Positions 47,601 through 56,612 of a DNA stretch of 64,000 nt are shown here, one piece after another. Numbering within the stretch: the first letter of the stretch is position 1; each line of letters opens with the position of its first letter. The DNA is taken from positions 159,349 to 223,348 of the forward strand of contig CAZOVA010000001.1 in NCBI GenBank assembly GCA_964583625.1, given 5' to 3'. Position numbers and translations under genes: made by a program. Source of the stretch: an uncultured Pseudomonadales bacterium (GTDB lineage: Bacteria; Patescibacteriota; Microgenomatia; UBA1400; PJMF01). The notes beneath the pieces are model-generated. The model did no database searches. It worked only from the letters and a program-made list of their open reading frames with translations, and was not told the DNA's origin.

Positions 47601-49684
47601 ATCAAATTAAGGTTTTTCAAACAGCCATTCCCGAGCAAAAATTTATCAAAGAGCAGAATAATCAGCTACTCCTTCGATGGCTTGAGCTTTATGATGATAG
47701 ATTTGATCAAAAAACAGAAAAATTTTTTTTCAAAAGAGAAGGAGGACTTCAGATTAGATCTTTGGCAGATATTTATATTACCTTAAATAATTTGTCCGCT
47801 AAAGAGCGTGGCTTATTAATTAATAAGCTACTCAATGACACCAATGGCTCTCTCACTAGCCAAGAAAGACGCTTTCAGTTAGCAAAAATTGTCGACCAAG
47901 TAATTAATCTTGATCAAGATCAATTTATCACTCAAATGGTCACTATTTTAGTTGGTAAAGGAAAGGCAGAAAGCATTAGCTTGCCCTTGCTAGCTCTTTT
48001 TCAACCACTAATATTTAAAAATTTACAAACAGAAAACCTGCAGGCTTCTCGCTTTTTGAATGATATTAGAGAACAAACAGTGACTGAAATTCAAACTAAA
48101 AGAAAATTGACCAAAAAGGAAGCTGAAACAGTAATAAAACAGGAACTAATTGAACCATTGCTTTCTTCAGAAAAAAGTCTGATTAATGAAACGGTCTTGT
48201 CTTTTGATCCAGAATATAGTGAGAGACAAGATCTAGCAAGAAAGATTGATTATATAGCTAATAGCTCCACGAGAGACATAACTTTCTTTGGGCCAGATTA
48301 TATTCATCAACCAGAATCAAGAGCGGCTCTTTTAGCTCAGGAAAGTAATGAAGCTTATCATTTTATTTTTCAAACCCTTCTAGCTAAAATCAAACTTTTG
48401 GAAGAAACCGCAGAGAGGGAACCAGAAGCAGAAAAGGTGGTTGAAAATCAACAAATTGAAGCTATTGTTGGGAGTTTGGAGGCGGGCGGAGCAGTTATGG
48501 TGCGCCAATTGCAATTAGCAACCCAATTTGTCAAATTTGACTCTGCTTGGCAAAAAAGATTGAGTCGGACTTTGGATAGTAATCCAGGATTAAGTAAACT
48601 GGAGGCTTGGCAAAATCTTTACCATTGGACCATTGAGGTCAAACCAGAAAATGAGCAAGAGAAAAAAGAGCAATTGGAATTACAGGAGCTCTTTCAGCAT
48701 TACCGTTTGGGTCAAAAAGTGGGCGGAGGTAGTTTGAATACTATCTTTGAACTCATTCCTTTGAACCCCGAAAGTCATCCACCGGCAGTGATTAGAATTC
48801 AGAACCCCAATGTAGCCGCCAATGTTATGGATATGTCTCAAACTCTAGCTGAAGCCTATGACGCTCTAAAAGAGAATCCCAGTCTGAAAAAAGAAGCTCG
48901 GATTGGAGCGATGATCAATGATCTATCGAGAAAATGGTGCTTATCCGACATTAGAGACCCTCGTTTTCTAGATGATGATAATCAATTTCGACTGGTTTTA
49001 GCTGCTTTTCGTCCTAGTGATGAAGGAGCAGTTGTCTCTGCTCCAGAATTAGGGCTGACTCAGGCTAAAGTTAAAGTGGAACAATTAGCTCCAGGGGAAA
49101 CTTTGAATAAACTTTTAACTAGCCCAGACATCAGCGAAGAAGACAAAAATCGTTTGAGAAAAACCTTTTGTGAGCTTTTTCTTCATCAGTTGGATTTTGA
49201 AAAAAACAAAGTAGTGAACAGTCAAGGGAGAGAAGAAATTATTGTCCATTCCGATCAACATTTGGGAAATTATATGGCAGAGATTTTACCAGATGGTTCA
49301 ATTAATTTTTCTGTGATTGATCGCAATATGTATTTGCATTTGGAGGCGGATGATGTGCAAGTTATAAAAACTCTCTTATCTGAAAAGGGTGGCGGTTTAG
49401 AGTTTGTCCGGAAATTGGTTGACCGTGTTTTAGATATTAATAAAATTCTTAATCCAGTAGATCGTAAAAAAACTCAAGACCAGATTCGAAAAAAACTAAT
49501 TTTAAATGGGGTGAAAAATATTTTCCACCGTCGTCAAGGAGATGATCTAGAACAATTACAAATTATTTTTGAACAACTAGCTTTGCAGAACTATGAGATT
49601 CCTCTCAACTTGCAACTGATGATTCGTAATACCACCGCTTATAAAAATATCAAAGCTGAGTTGGACCGGGCAGAAAAAGACTAA
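44654..49684 (+). CDS. Giant (1676 aa) cytoplasmic multidomain protein: N-terminal M48-type Zn-metallopeptidase domain ... long helical middle ... C-terminal ABC1/UbiB-type atypical protein-kinase-like domain
   Basis: M48 signature NASAFPDGTIFFTQALL..DEIGAVLAHEIGHLL plus downstream HEMASD (third ligand) at ~44.95-45.3 kb. ABC1 motifs VRQLQLATQ..LDSNP, LGQKVGGGSLNTIFE, AVIRIQNP, HSDQHLGN...SVIDRN at ~48.45-49.45 kb. No TM segments. Confidence 0.65.
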   Translation: MSELALHYAGIDEKDFTFKKSADKKKQNSQKEAEITEEAEVSREIDFYLQQIDDEWEKPPSTLEVLSPVLVKEKEFFSEKEKDVDISDKIAQAINDQFIANKIETNSEATRFLTDLGQRMIEGTELSQLRVFIIKKGETINASAFPDGTIFFTQALLNCLDTVDEIGAVLAHEIGHLLNKTTVSTYGSENSIGLGWAHEMASDITSQSLLEKVGLNSGALVSALKKIDAKGTKDDTSRNKRDIVHQSAQARAFEFKLVTQKLDSHTSDIDQTPKEQYDFLRSAEIQPTNFEILKKTIDLRSEALMTRVLEKMSAEDLVKTNRFLSESLSKKIEEEQGFYEETQIYYDLESAFILQTKKSLDQLLQRRLVAELDIDESVAKAIFLINGTSREFNDKGLRELQLFNSFEEVLQGLDDLSFWDNFFKQKRNFSPSLQKLLFQPSSYHYINKAPRAQYQEIFFDPKRCLVAGMLNSSFYSLERQSPEEGTFFIDPKKFFILFDRISNELNEDIKKHLIASFFFFYFYSNSLENRAKIFSYEEQKDFFTGLKARGIKFNFIKERTDSGEKGLEFVESFFSSNTIEAWRLAYGESAEQDNEDEGIEKLFQDFIDQLSFLGGQKNSGSSKSSPKGFTRQLSDFTEKVQNLRVKRDISDESWEKIITVLKEKLTALHLPARDRILDHENFFRPVGLKHQIENESVQQENQKVFEFKTALYIFTVLDCREKNQQTSRLAKFLAESDLNFETYDWKQLIYLLQGIWAKKFQMRTFLQSELGSEGTLPPFGFSGNYDFTQLESLLPIKILLEKIDQAFVPAENLEKFLVLIKEKKDFLNNFYLPNSPHISPDDENLFDDSWHEIYFWKNERENLLSLIQNLDLSKEKATDFPTIINLITEILPNDASLSEVKNKLTLAYLRQKEIPFDQRADFFFQQTDSELEGVEILASEIDDLAVYKNFKSKIDAYRKRWQKEKKDLSLIALADFFSSFFKDQIKVFQTAIPEQKFIKEQNNQLLLRWLELYDDRFDQKTEKFFFKREGGLQIRSLADIYITLNNLSAKERGLLINKLLNDTNGSLTSQERRFQLAKIVDQVINLDQDQFITQMVTILVGKGKAESISLPLLALFQPLIFKNLQTENLQASRFLNDIREQTVTEIQTKRKLTKKEAETVIKQELIEPLLSSEKSLINETVLSFDPEYSERQDLARKIDYIANSSTRDITFFGPDYIHQPESRAALLAQESNEAYHFIFQTLLAKIKLLEETAEREPEAEKVVENQQIEAIVGSLEAGGAVMVRQLQLATQFVKFDSAWQKRLSRTLDSNPGLSKLEAWQNLYHWTIEVKPENEQEKKEQLELQELFQHYRLGQKVGGGSLNTIFELIPLNPESHPPAVIRIQNPNVAANVMDMSQTLAEAYDALKENPSLKKEARIGAMINDLSRKWCLSDIRDPRFLDDDNQFRLVLAAFRPSDEGAVVSAPELGLTQAKVKVEQLAPGETLNKLLTSPDISEEDKNRLRKTFCELFLHQLDFEKNKVVNSQGREEIIVHSDQHLGNYMAEILPDGSINFSVIDRNMYLHLEADDVQVIKTLLSEKGGGLEFVRKLVDRVLDINKILNPVDRKKTQDQIRKKLILNGVKNIFHRRQGDDLEQLQIIFEQLALQNYEIPLNLQLMIRNTTAYKNIKAELDRAEKD

Positions 49685-49837
49685 TTTCTCTTATTATGTT
49701 ATAATATGAAAGTTATTTATTAAATAAAACAAGGAGAAGAGCTTGAGCCTTCTCAAGAGCAAATAAGTTTTGTGATTTGTTTGTTCTTGCTGGATTCTTG
49801 AGTTTTTTCTTCCCTTGTTTACACAAAGAAAGGTCTT

Positions 49838-52078
49838 ATGGCTTATCCAAGTTATGATGATCAGTATGACACCACTATAAAAGTTGGTGATAAAGAAGTA
49901 AAAATTAATATTGGCAAGTTTGGTCAACAAGCGAGCGCCGATGTTTTAGCTCAGTGCGGTGAAACAATTGTCAATTGCACAGTAGCGATGGGCGGAGAAA
50001 GTAGTTTGGATTATTTTCCTCTATCAGTTGATTTTGCTGAGAAACTATATGCAGGCGGAATTATCAAAGGTTCTCGTTGGGTAAAACGTGATGGGCGTCC
50101 CTCTGATGCTTCAATTTTAAAATCAAGAATTATTGACCGATCAATCCGACCACTTTTTCCTGACGGATTTAGAAGAGAAGTCCAGGTAGTGAATACAGTT
50201 TTTTCCTATGATAAGGAAAATAGTGACGATATGATTGGCCTTTTGGCTACTGGGGTAGCTTTGGCAGTTAGTGACATTCCTTTTGCTGGACCCATTGCTG
50301 GAGTGAGAGTGGGTTATAACCCAAATACCAAGAATTTCATTTTCAATCCTAATGAATTGGAACAAGAAACTTCCACCTTGAATTTGGTGGTGGCTGGCGG
50401 TTTGGATTCTATTGTCATGGTGGAGGCTGACGCCCAAGAAGTTCCTGAGGACTTAATGCTCCAAGCTTTGGCAGCTGCTCAAAAAGAAATTGGTCAAATT
50501 TGTCAACAAATTGTCACCATTGCTGAAAAAGTGGGTAAAGCTAAAGCAGAATTTATCGATCCTCAAGTGGAACAAGCCAAAGAAAAAGAAATTTTAGCTC
50601 CGTTTTTCAAAGATTGGCCAATGGCCGAAATTGTAGAAAAAGAAGCCAATTTTGCTGTGGTTGATTTGGCAGAAAAATTTTCTGCTATCGCTGAAGATGA
50701 AAAGGTAATTGCGGCAGAGATCACTTTGCCCGCCATTAAAAATTATTGGCATGAACTAAAAGCTGCTTTTATTCGTCAGAAAATTTTGGATCAAGGATTG
50801 CGTCCCGATGGCCGCCAAACTGCTGAAATTCGACCAATCACTTGCGAAATTGATGTTTTTCCGCGGACTCACGGGAGCGCGATGTTCAAAAGAGGAGCAA
50901 CTCAGGCGGTGACAATTACAACTTTGGGTTCTCCTTCTTTAGGACAATTGGTCGAGGATATGGGGGGAGAAGATGTTCGCCATTATATGCATTTTTATAG
51001 TATGCCTCCCTATGCTTCTGGAGAAGCTGGGCGTTTAGGTTCTCCCAAGCGTCGTGAAATTGGTCACGGAGCTTTGGCCGAAAGAGCTTTATTACCAGTT
51101 ATTCCAGATCAAGAAACTTTCCCTTATACCATTCATGTAGTCTCGGAAATTTTAAGCTCCAATGGTTCCACTTCGCAAGCCTCAGTTTGCGGTAGCACCC
51201 TGTCTCTTATGGCAGCTGGTGTACCTATCAAGAGGCCAGTTGCTGGGATTGCTATGGGATTAATTTCCTCTGGTGAGAAATACCAAATTTTGTCTGATAT
51301 CAAAGATGTTGAAGATCACTGCGGTGATATGGACTTCAAAGTAGCGGGGACCACCTATGGCATTACCGCTTTGCAAATGGATATTAAAATCAGTGGTATT
51401 AATATGGAGATTTTAAGCAAAGCTTTGGCTCAAGCCCGTGAAGGCAGACTTCATATTTTAGATAAAATGTTGGCTTGTATCAATGAACCAAGAAAAAACA
51501 TTAGTCGTTATGCTCCTAAGATTGTACAGATCACTATTCCTGCTGATCGAATTGGAGAGTTAATTGGCCCTGGCGGTAAAAATATCAAAGCCTTGATTGA
51601 AACTTCTGGTGCTCAAATTGATGTGGAAGAAGATGAAGAGAAAAAACTTGGTTTGGTTAATATTTCTTCTCCAGAACAAGAGTCTTTGGAGAAAGCTGTT
51701 TCTCTAGTACAGAGCATGATGCAAGAAGACAATATTGGCGACGAACATGAGGGAACAGTAACTAGAATTGAAAATTATGGCGCTTTTGTTAGCTATGGCT
51801 ATAATAAAGAGGGACTAGTTCATGTGAGCGCTATGTCGACTTCATACTTAGACGATCCGCACAAGGTAGTCAATTTAGGAGACAGAGTTCATGTCAGAAT
51901 TAGTGAAATTCAACCAGATGGTAAAGTAAAATTATCTATGTTGACAGAAGAACAGGAAGCCGCCGCCCGCGCTTCCCGTCCAGCGCGTCCCGATTTCCGG
52001 GGCGGGCGGCAGAGAAGTAATGATCGCTCTTTCGCCAATCGTTTGCGCTCCAATAGCAGTCGTCGCTTTAAGAGATAA
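49838..52078 (+). CDS. pnp: Polynucleotide phosphorylase with Arg/Gly-rich C-terminal tail
   Basis: Two RNase PH domains, KH and S1 domains. C-terminal ...RASRPARPDFRGGRQRSNDRS... 746 aa. Confidence 0.95.
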   Translation: MAYPSYDDQYDTTIKVGDKEVKINIGKFGQQASADVLAQCGETIVNCTVAMGGESSLDYFPLSVDFAEKLYAGGIIKGSRWVKRDGRPSDASILKSRIIDRSIRPLFPDGFRREVQVVNTVFSYDKENSDDMIGLLATGVALAVSDIPFAGPIAGVRVGYNPNTKNFIFNPNELEQETSTLNLVVAGGLDSIVMVEADAQEVPEDLMLQALAAAQKEIGQICQQIVTIAEKVGKAKAEFIDPQVEQAKEKEILAPFFKDWPMAEIVEKEANFAVVDLAEKFSAIAEDEKVIAAEITLPAIKNYWHELKAAFIRQKILDQGLRPDGRQTAEIRPITCEIDVFPRTHGSAMFKRGATQAVTITTLGSPSLGQLVEDMGGEDVRHYMHFYSMPPYASGEAGRLGSPKRREIGHGALAERALLPVIPDQETFPYTIHVVSEILSSNGSTSQASVCGSTLSLMAAGVPIKRPVAGIAMGLISSGEKYQILSDIKDVEDHCGDMDFKVAGTTYGITALQMDIKISGINMEILSKALAQAREGRLHILDKMLACINEPRKNISRYAPKIVQITIPADRIGELIGPGGKNIKALIETSGAQIDVEEDEEKKLGLVNISSPEQESLEKAVSLVQSMMQEDNIGDEHEGTVTRIENYGAFVSYGYNKEGLVHVSAMSTSYLDDPHKVVNLGDRVHVRISEIQPDGKVKLSMLTEEQEAAARASRPARPDFRGGRQRSNDRSFANRLRSNSSRRFKR

Positions 52079-52103
52079 AGTTTATTAATAAAAATAACTA
52101 AAA

Positions 52104-52143
52104 AACCTTGCTTGTCTGAAAAGATAAGCAAGGTTTATTTTTG
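52104..52143 (+). terminator. Rho-independent terminator after pnp (AACCTTGCTT/AAGCAAGGTT stem, T-run)
   Basis: 10-bp perfect stem, 12-nt loop, followed by TATTTTTT. Confidence 0.6.
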
Positions 52144-52304
52144 ACAAGTTTAACGAGTTTTTTCTTTTTGAAGTGATGGTATAATTTCTCAATTATGGCT
52201 AATAAAAATCTCACTGCCGCCAAAAAAGCAAAAACCCTACAGCTGAAAATTGTCAAATGTTATGCAAAACTCACAATCGAGCGAAAGGTAACTCTTAAAT
52301 TTTT

Positions 52305-52835
52305 ATGATTCAAAAAGATTTCATCAATGCCGACCAACTTAATCTTGATAGTTTTGCTTTAGCCAAGAAAATCTATGATTCTGGTTTTCGCCCCGACGCC
52401 ATCATTGCTCTTTGGCGCGGTGGTTCACTGGTTGGGATTGCAGTACAAGAATTTTTTGCTTATAAAAAAGTACCTCATTATCACAGCATCGTCAAAACTT
52501 TTGCTTATCAAGGGATTGATCAGAGGAGTGAGGTGGAAGTGGAGCCCATGGAGCATATCTTTTCCCATCTCTCAAAGAAGACAAAAGTTCTTCTAGTTGA
52601 CGACATTTTTGACACTGGCTCTACCATACAAGCAGTGAAAAAAGCCTTAGAGCCGCTAGTGGCCCAAATAAAAACAGCCGTTGTTTTTTATAAGCCTAAG
52701 AGACGCTTGGTTGATTTTTCCCCAGACTATTATTTGCACGAAACAGATAGCTGGTTGGTTTTACCTCACGAACTACTAGGTTTAACTGATGAAGAGCTGA
52801 AAATCAAAGATAGTCGGTTGCATAAACTTTTATAA
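52305..52835 (+). CDS. Type I phosphoribosyltransferase (purine salvage, Hpt/Xpt-like)
   Basis: PRPP-binding motif [14 protein letters not shown]. 176 aa. Confidence 0.7.
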   Translation: MIQKDFINADQLNLDSFALAKKIYDSGFRPDAIIALWRGGSLVGIAVQEFFAYKKVPHYHSIVKTFAYQGIDQRSEVEVEPMEHIFSHLSKKTKVLLVDDIFDTGSTIQAVKKALEPLVAQIKTAVVFYKPKRRLVDFSPDYYLHETDSWLVLPHELLGLTDEELKIKDSRLHKLL

Positions 52836-52921
52836 AAAACTCAATTTTTTATCCTTTTTTGTCTGTTATAATGGCAATATTAAAAATTAGCTTTATTAAC
52901 CTAATATCAGAAAGGATTTTT

Positions 52922-53608
52922 ATGAGTTCTCCTCAAGAAACGACAGTCAATAGTTTTCCCCTTATTGGTGAAATGTTACCAGAATTGAAAGTGATCACGA
53001 CTCACGGACCAAAAACTCTTCCAGCAGATTATGCGGGTAAATGGTGGGTGCTTTTTAGCCATCCAGCAGATTTTACTCCAGTTTGCACCACGGAGTTTGT
53101 CGCTTTTCAAAAACTTTACCCTAAATTTCGAGAGTTAAATTGTGAATTGGTCGGTTTGAGCATGGATCAAGTTTTCTCTCATATCAAATGGGAAGAGTGG
53201 ATCAAAGAAAAGCTGGATGTGCAAATTGAATTTCCTATTATTGCCGACACGGGAAAAGTGGCCACTAGACTAGGATTTTTACATCCAGGAAAAAATAATG
53301 ACACTAATACGGTGAGAGCTGTTTTTGTCATTGATCCTGAGGGAAAAGTGCGGACAATTCTTTATTATCCTCAAGAATTGGGTCGCTATATGGAGGAAAT
53401 TGTCCGGATTGTCAAAGGCTTACAAATTGTGGACGCCAATAAAGTGGCTTTACCAGCCAACTGGCCCAATAATGAGCTTTTTGCAGATGATGTCATTGTC
53501 CCTCCAGCCAAGGATGTCAAAACCGCCAAAGAAAGATTGGCTCAAGCTAAATCGGGTGAACTAACTTGTCTTGATTGGTGGTTGTGTCACAAACCGCTTA
53601 AAAAATAA
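52922..53608 (+). CDS. 1-Cys peroxiredoxin (Prx6-like); start moved to ATG 52922
   Basis: [13 protein letters not shown] peroxidatic-Cys motif. ~228 aa. Extended -10 TGTTATAAT upstream. Confidence 0.85.
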   Translation: MSSPQETTVNSFPLIGEMLPELKVITTHGPKTLPADYAGKWWVLFSHPADFTPVCTTEFVAFQKLYPKFRELNCELVGLSMDQVFSHIKWEEWIKEKLDVQIEFPIIADTGKVATRLGFLHPGKNNDTNTVRAVFVIDPEGKVRTILYYPQELGRYMEEIVRIVKGLQIVDANKVALPANWPNNELFADDVIVPPAKDVKTAKERLAQAKSGELTCLDWWLCHKPLKK

Positions 53609-53691
53609 GTCTTTGGCAAAAAATACTTGACCTAACTTGATTTTTTAGCCTTTTAGTATTAAAATATCGGCTCTGGCGTTCTTTTAAAATT

Positions 53692-54107
53692 GGGGATGTA
53701 TTGCTTTGATGTGAAAATTACTTTTTACTGGCTAAGTATCTTTGATTGGTAGATATAAAAAATTAATCAAAATTTAACTGCCGATAAATTCGTGCAAAAA
53801 GCAAAATCATTATTGCTAGACACTTCTCGTGGCTTAGCTGATGCTTTTGCTCCAACAAAAGCAGCTTATTTAGTTGCTTAAGTAGGCATTCGCAGAATCT
53901 AGTTTTATCGTCGCTAATTTGCGGGTGAAAAAACAGCCGATACCTCTTTTTCAAGAATAAATGCGCTTGAAAAAATTGCAACTCAAACATTTGCTGGTTA
54001 AAATCTAGTTTTTCAATTTACTTATTTAACTAAAGACAAAAATTGAATATTTTAGTAGAAGGTAAAAGTGATTGTTTACAGACACGAGGTCAAACTCGTC
54101 ATCTCCA
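53692..54107 (+). ncRNA. ssrA: tmRNA (transfer-messenger RNA) with tag ORF ADAFAPTKAAYLVA*
   Basis: 5' GGGGATG pairs with 3' CATCTCC, giving the G3:U70 Ala identity pair. T-arm-like ACGAG-GTCAAA-CTCGT abuts the acceptor 3' strand, then discriminator A. Internal frame gct gat gct ttt gct cca aca aaa gca gct tat tta gtt gct taa at 53837-53881. Confidence 0.7.
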
Positions 54108-54112
54108 CATTT

Positions 54113-54472
54113 TTATTTATTTTTCCCACCTCGCCAATTGCTGAGACCTAAGATGATATTGCCCCAACCAGCTAACCAGAGCAGAAATGGCACTAAGTGA
54201 TAAAGGGCAACCCTAGTCAGCCACCGCCCCCGATAGTATCCCTCTTCTAGAAAAAGAGTGGCAATAGTCTGTTCAGTCAAGTCTTTGACAATGTGTTTTT
54301 GATATTCAAAATGAATAATGAGAAATAAAAAACCTAGTAAAAACCAAACATAACGCCTTTGTGGTTTTTTCAGTAAAAGTAATAAACTGCTTATTAGCGC
54401 CACGGCTAAACCAATGAGTAATTGATTGTGGATATAGGTAAAATAAATTAACTGAAATAAACCCTGTTTCAT
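54113..54472 (-). CDS. Small 3-TM membrane protein, hypothetical
   Basis: ORF with three hydrophobic helices. 4-nt overlap with the upstream CAP-domain gene. Confidence 0.45.
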   Translation of the reverse strand: MKQGLFQLIYFTYIHNQLLIGLAVALISSLLLLLKKPQRRYVWFLLGFLFLIIHFEYQKHIVKDLTEQTIATLFLEEGYYRGRWLTRVALYHLVPFLLWLAGWGNIILGLSNWRGGKNK

Positions 54473-55215
54473 TTTCTTTTCTTATAGCTATTGCCCTTTA
54501 GATTAAAGACGATTAAACCAACAATTAAAAAAATTAGAATAATAAAGGACTTTTTTATTCTTGTGCCAAACCAGCTATTCTTATTAGCTAATAATTCTGA
54601 TTCTGGCATCACTTCACCAGCTAAAACCAAACTGTCACTTTGGTGATCATAAATAGCCACTTCGCGGTTGTGCTGAGCACTCAGTTTTGGTTGAGCAAAG
54701 AAATTAACAATTAAAAGTACTGGCTCACCGTTTATTTCTCCATCTAAAATCGCCAAACCGATATCACTAAAATTACCATTGAGAATATTAGCTCGATGAG
54801 TCGCTGAATTCATCCAGGCTGCCACCAAACTAGCTTCATTTTGGAAGTCTCTACCCAAATTTTCACCAGCACTTTGGTAAATATAGCCAGCTTGGCTGAT
54901 AAAGCTCCAAGGTTGCACTCCCTGTGGGCTGACATGAGCCCAATAGTTAGTGGCAAACATATTTTCTCCCTTAACTTGAGCTGCCTGATTCAACTGTTCA
55001 TGAAAAACTAATGGACCAAAACCTTTTTTGCCTCTCTCTAAATTGAGAAGGCGTAAAATTTCTTCCTTTTGCAATTTAGTAGAGACGCCTAGAACTTTAG
55101 TGGTTGACAGAGGTACAGAATTAATTAAAAAATTTAATATTATTGCCAAGAAAAAAACGGTGGCTGGAAAAACTAATTTCCAATTAATAATGGTTCTTTT
55201 TTTACTCATAAACAA
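54469..55215 (-). CDS. CAP/SCP (PR-1-like) domain protein, N-terminally membrane-anchored
   Basis: LNLERGKKGFGPL..., HVSPQG, GENLG, WMNSATHRANIL (CAP motifs). Confidence 0.7.
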   Translation of the reverse strand: MFMSKKRTIINWKLVFPATVFFLAIILNFLINSVPLSTTKVLGVSTKLQKEEILRLLNLERGKKGFGPLVFHEQLNQAAQVKGENMFATNYWAHVSPQGVQPWSFISQAGYIYQSAGENLGRDFQNEASLVAAWMNSATHRANILNGNFSDIGLAILDGEINGEPVLLIVNFFAQPKLSAQHNREVAIYDHQSDSLVLAGEVMPESELLANKNSWFGTRIKKSFIILIFLIVGLIVFNLKGNSYKKRK

Positions 55216-55822
55216 CTTCTAGCCATTCTTCCTGAGTAATTTTCCAACGCTTGTTTATTTTTTTCAATTGAACTTTTCCTACAAGATCTTCTTGTTTTAA
55301 GTGAACGGTCAGATTAGCCTGATCGCCATTAAGGCTCTCATCAATCATCACAATATCTTGATAATTGGGAGTTAAATTTTTGAGGACATAAAGAGCTCTA
55401 TCTTGACTTTCCAAAGGCACCAGGGTTATCAAGCTGGTCATTGCTCGATCAGTTCTCCCCTCAGGTGTTAAAACATTTTCTTTTTTAATTTGTGAAAATT
55501 CGGCAAAATCTTTTGCTTGACTGAGGGCTTCTTTGATAGCCAAATAGGTTTCAGCTGCTTTAAGATTTTGCCAGTCTATTGCAGGCGACAAAGAAGGAGC
55601 TTCGGATTCTTCCCCTGTCGCTTCCACTGTTGCTTCAAGCAAATGAGCTGAACCAGAACTTTCAATCAAATCGATTGGCAGATCATTTAAAATCACGGCT
55701 GGAGGAGCTTGAAGAGAGCTTCTAGTTTTTTGTAAATAAAAAATACCTATTACGGTCAGAGCAATCGCCAAAACAAAAAAAATGGTTGTTGTCCACTGAT
55801 TGGCGAAACTTTTTTTAGTCAT
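55202..55822 (-). CDS. N-terminally anchored hypothetical protein
   Basis: Single TM near the N-terminus. Acidic extracytoplasmic region. Overlaps the CAP gene start by 14 nt. Confidence 0.45.
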   Translation of the reverse strand: MTKKSFANQWTTTIFFVLAIALTVIGIFYLQKTRSSLQAPPAVILNDLPIDLIESSGSAHLLEATVEATGEESEAPSLSPAIDWQNLKAAETYLAIKEALSQAKDFAEFSQIKKENVLTPEGRTDRAMTSLITLVPLESQDRALYVLKNLTPNYQDIVMIDESLNGDQANLTVHLKQEDLVGKVQLKKINKRWKITQEEWLEVVYE

Positions 55823-55911
55823 AATAAATCAGCTCTTCCTCAATTCATTATAAGATAAAAAAAGCTAAACTGCAATTTGGCTTTGCTCTTTCTCTTGCTA
55901 TAATAAGACTC

Positions 55912-56463
55912 ATGTTGGACTACTTATCTTTGATCAATAAATATTACCCAGTTGGCACAAAAATGCATAAGATTTTTTTGATCCATGCTGTTTTAGTAAC
56001 TAATAAAGCTCTAGAAATTGCTAGACGTCTTAATTTGAGCTTACCAGAACAGGAATTTATTGAAGAGGCGGCCATGCTGCACGATCTCGGAGTGATGAAA
56101 ACTAAATCTCCCAAAATGGATTGCATCGGAGAATTGCCTTATATCGCTCATGGAGTTACTGGAGCTGAGATTTTACGAGCTGAAGGTTTGCCCAAACACG
56201 CTTTGGTAGCAGAGCGTCATATAGGGGTTGGTTTGACCAAAAAAGAGATTGAGACGAGAAACCTCCCTTTGCCCACTCAAGACTTCAGTCCTCAAAGCTT
56301 AGCCGAAAAAATTATCACTTATGCCGACCTTTTTTTCTCCAAAAGGGAAGCGGTTTTATGGCAAGCAGATAGTCCAGCCAAAATTGAAGCTGAATTGCAA
56401 CAATTTGGAGAAGAACAGGTAGAAATTTTTCAAGCTTGGCAGAGAGAGTTTGAAGGACAATAA
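55912..56463 (+). CDS. HD-domain phosphohydrolase (YqeK-like size)
   Basis: H...HD (AMLHDLGV) ... H ... D metal-binding pattern. 183 aa. Confidence 0.6.
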   Translation: MLDYLSLINKYYPVGTKMHKIFLIHAVLVTNKALEIARRLNLSLPEQEFIEEAAMLHDLGVMKTKSPKMDCIGELPYIAHGVTGAEILRAEGLPKHALVAERHIGVGLTKKEIETRNLPLPTQDFSPQSLAEKIITYADLFFSKREAVLWQADSPAKIEAELQQFGEEQVEIFQAWQREFEGQ

Positions 56464-56612
56464 ATTTAAAAAAGCTCAAAAAAGTAGTATTAGAGTTTGA
56501 GACAAATAAAAATTTCATCAACTAAATTAAGCCTATTTATCAGTTTTTAAGTTTGGAAATTAAAATAGAGCAACTCCATTTTTATCAATTCTTATGGTAT
56601 AATACCCACCTT

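Noticed and set aside
52141-52146. TTGACA hexamer after the pnp terminator as a -35 element
   Set aside because: The nearest -10 (TATAAT at 52180-52185) is 33 nt away, too far for a sigma-70 pair. Only the extended -10 is plausible.
53763-53990. 75-aa minus-strand ORF from the six-frame track
   Set aside because: It lies entirely inside the region that fits a tmRNA (tRNA-like ends plus tag reading frame) and has no RBS or conserved features. Treated as spurious.
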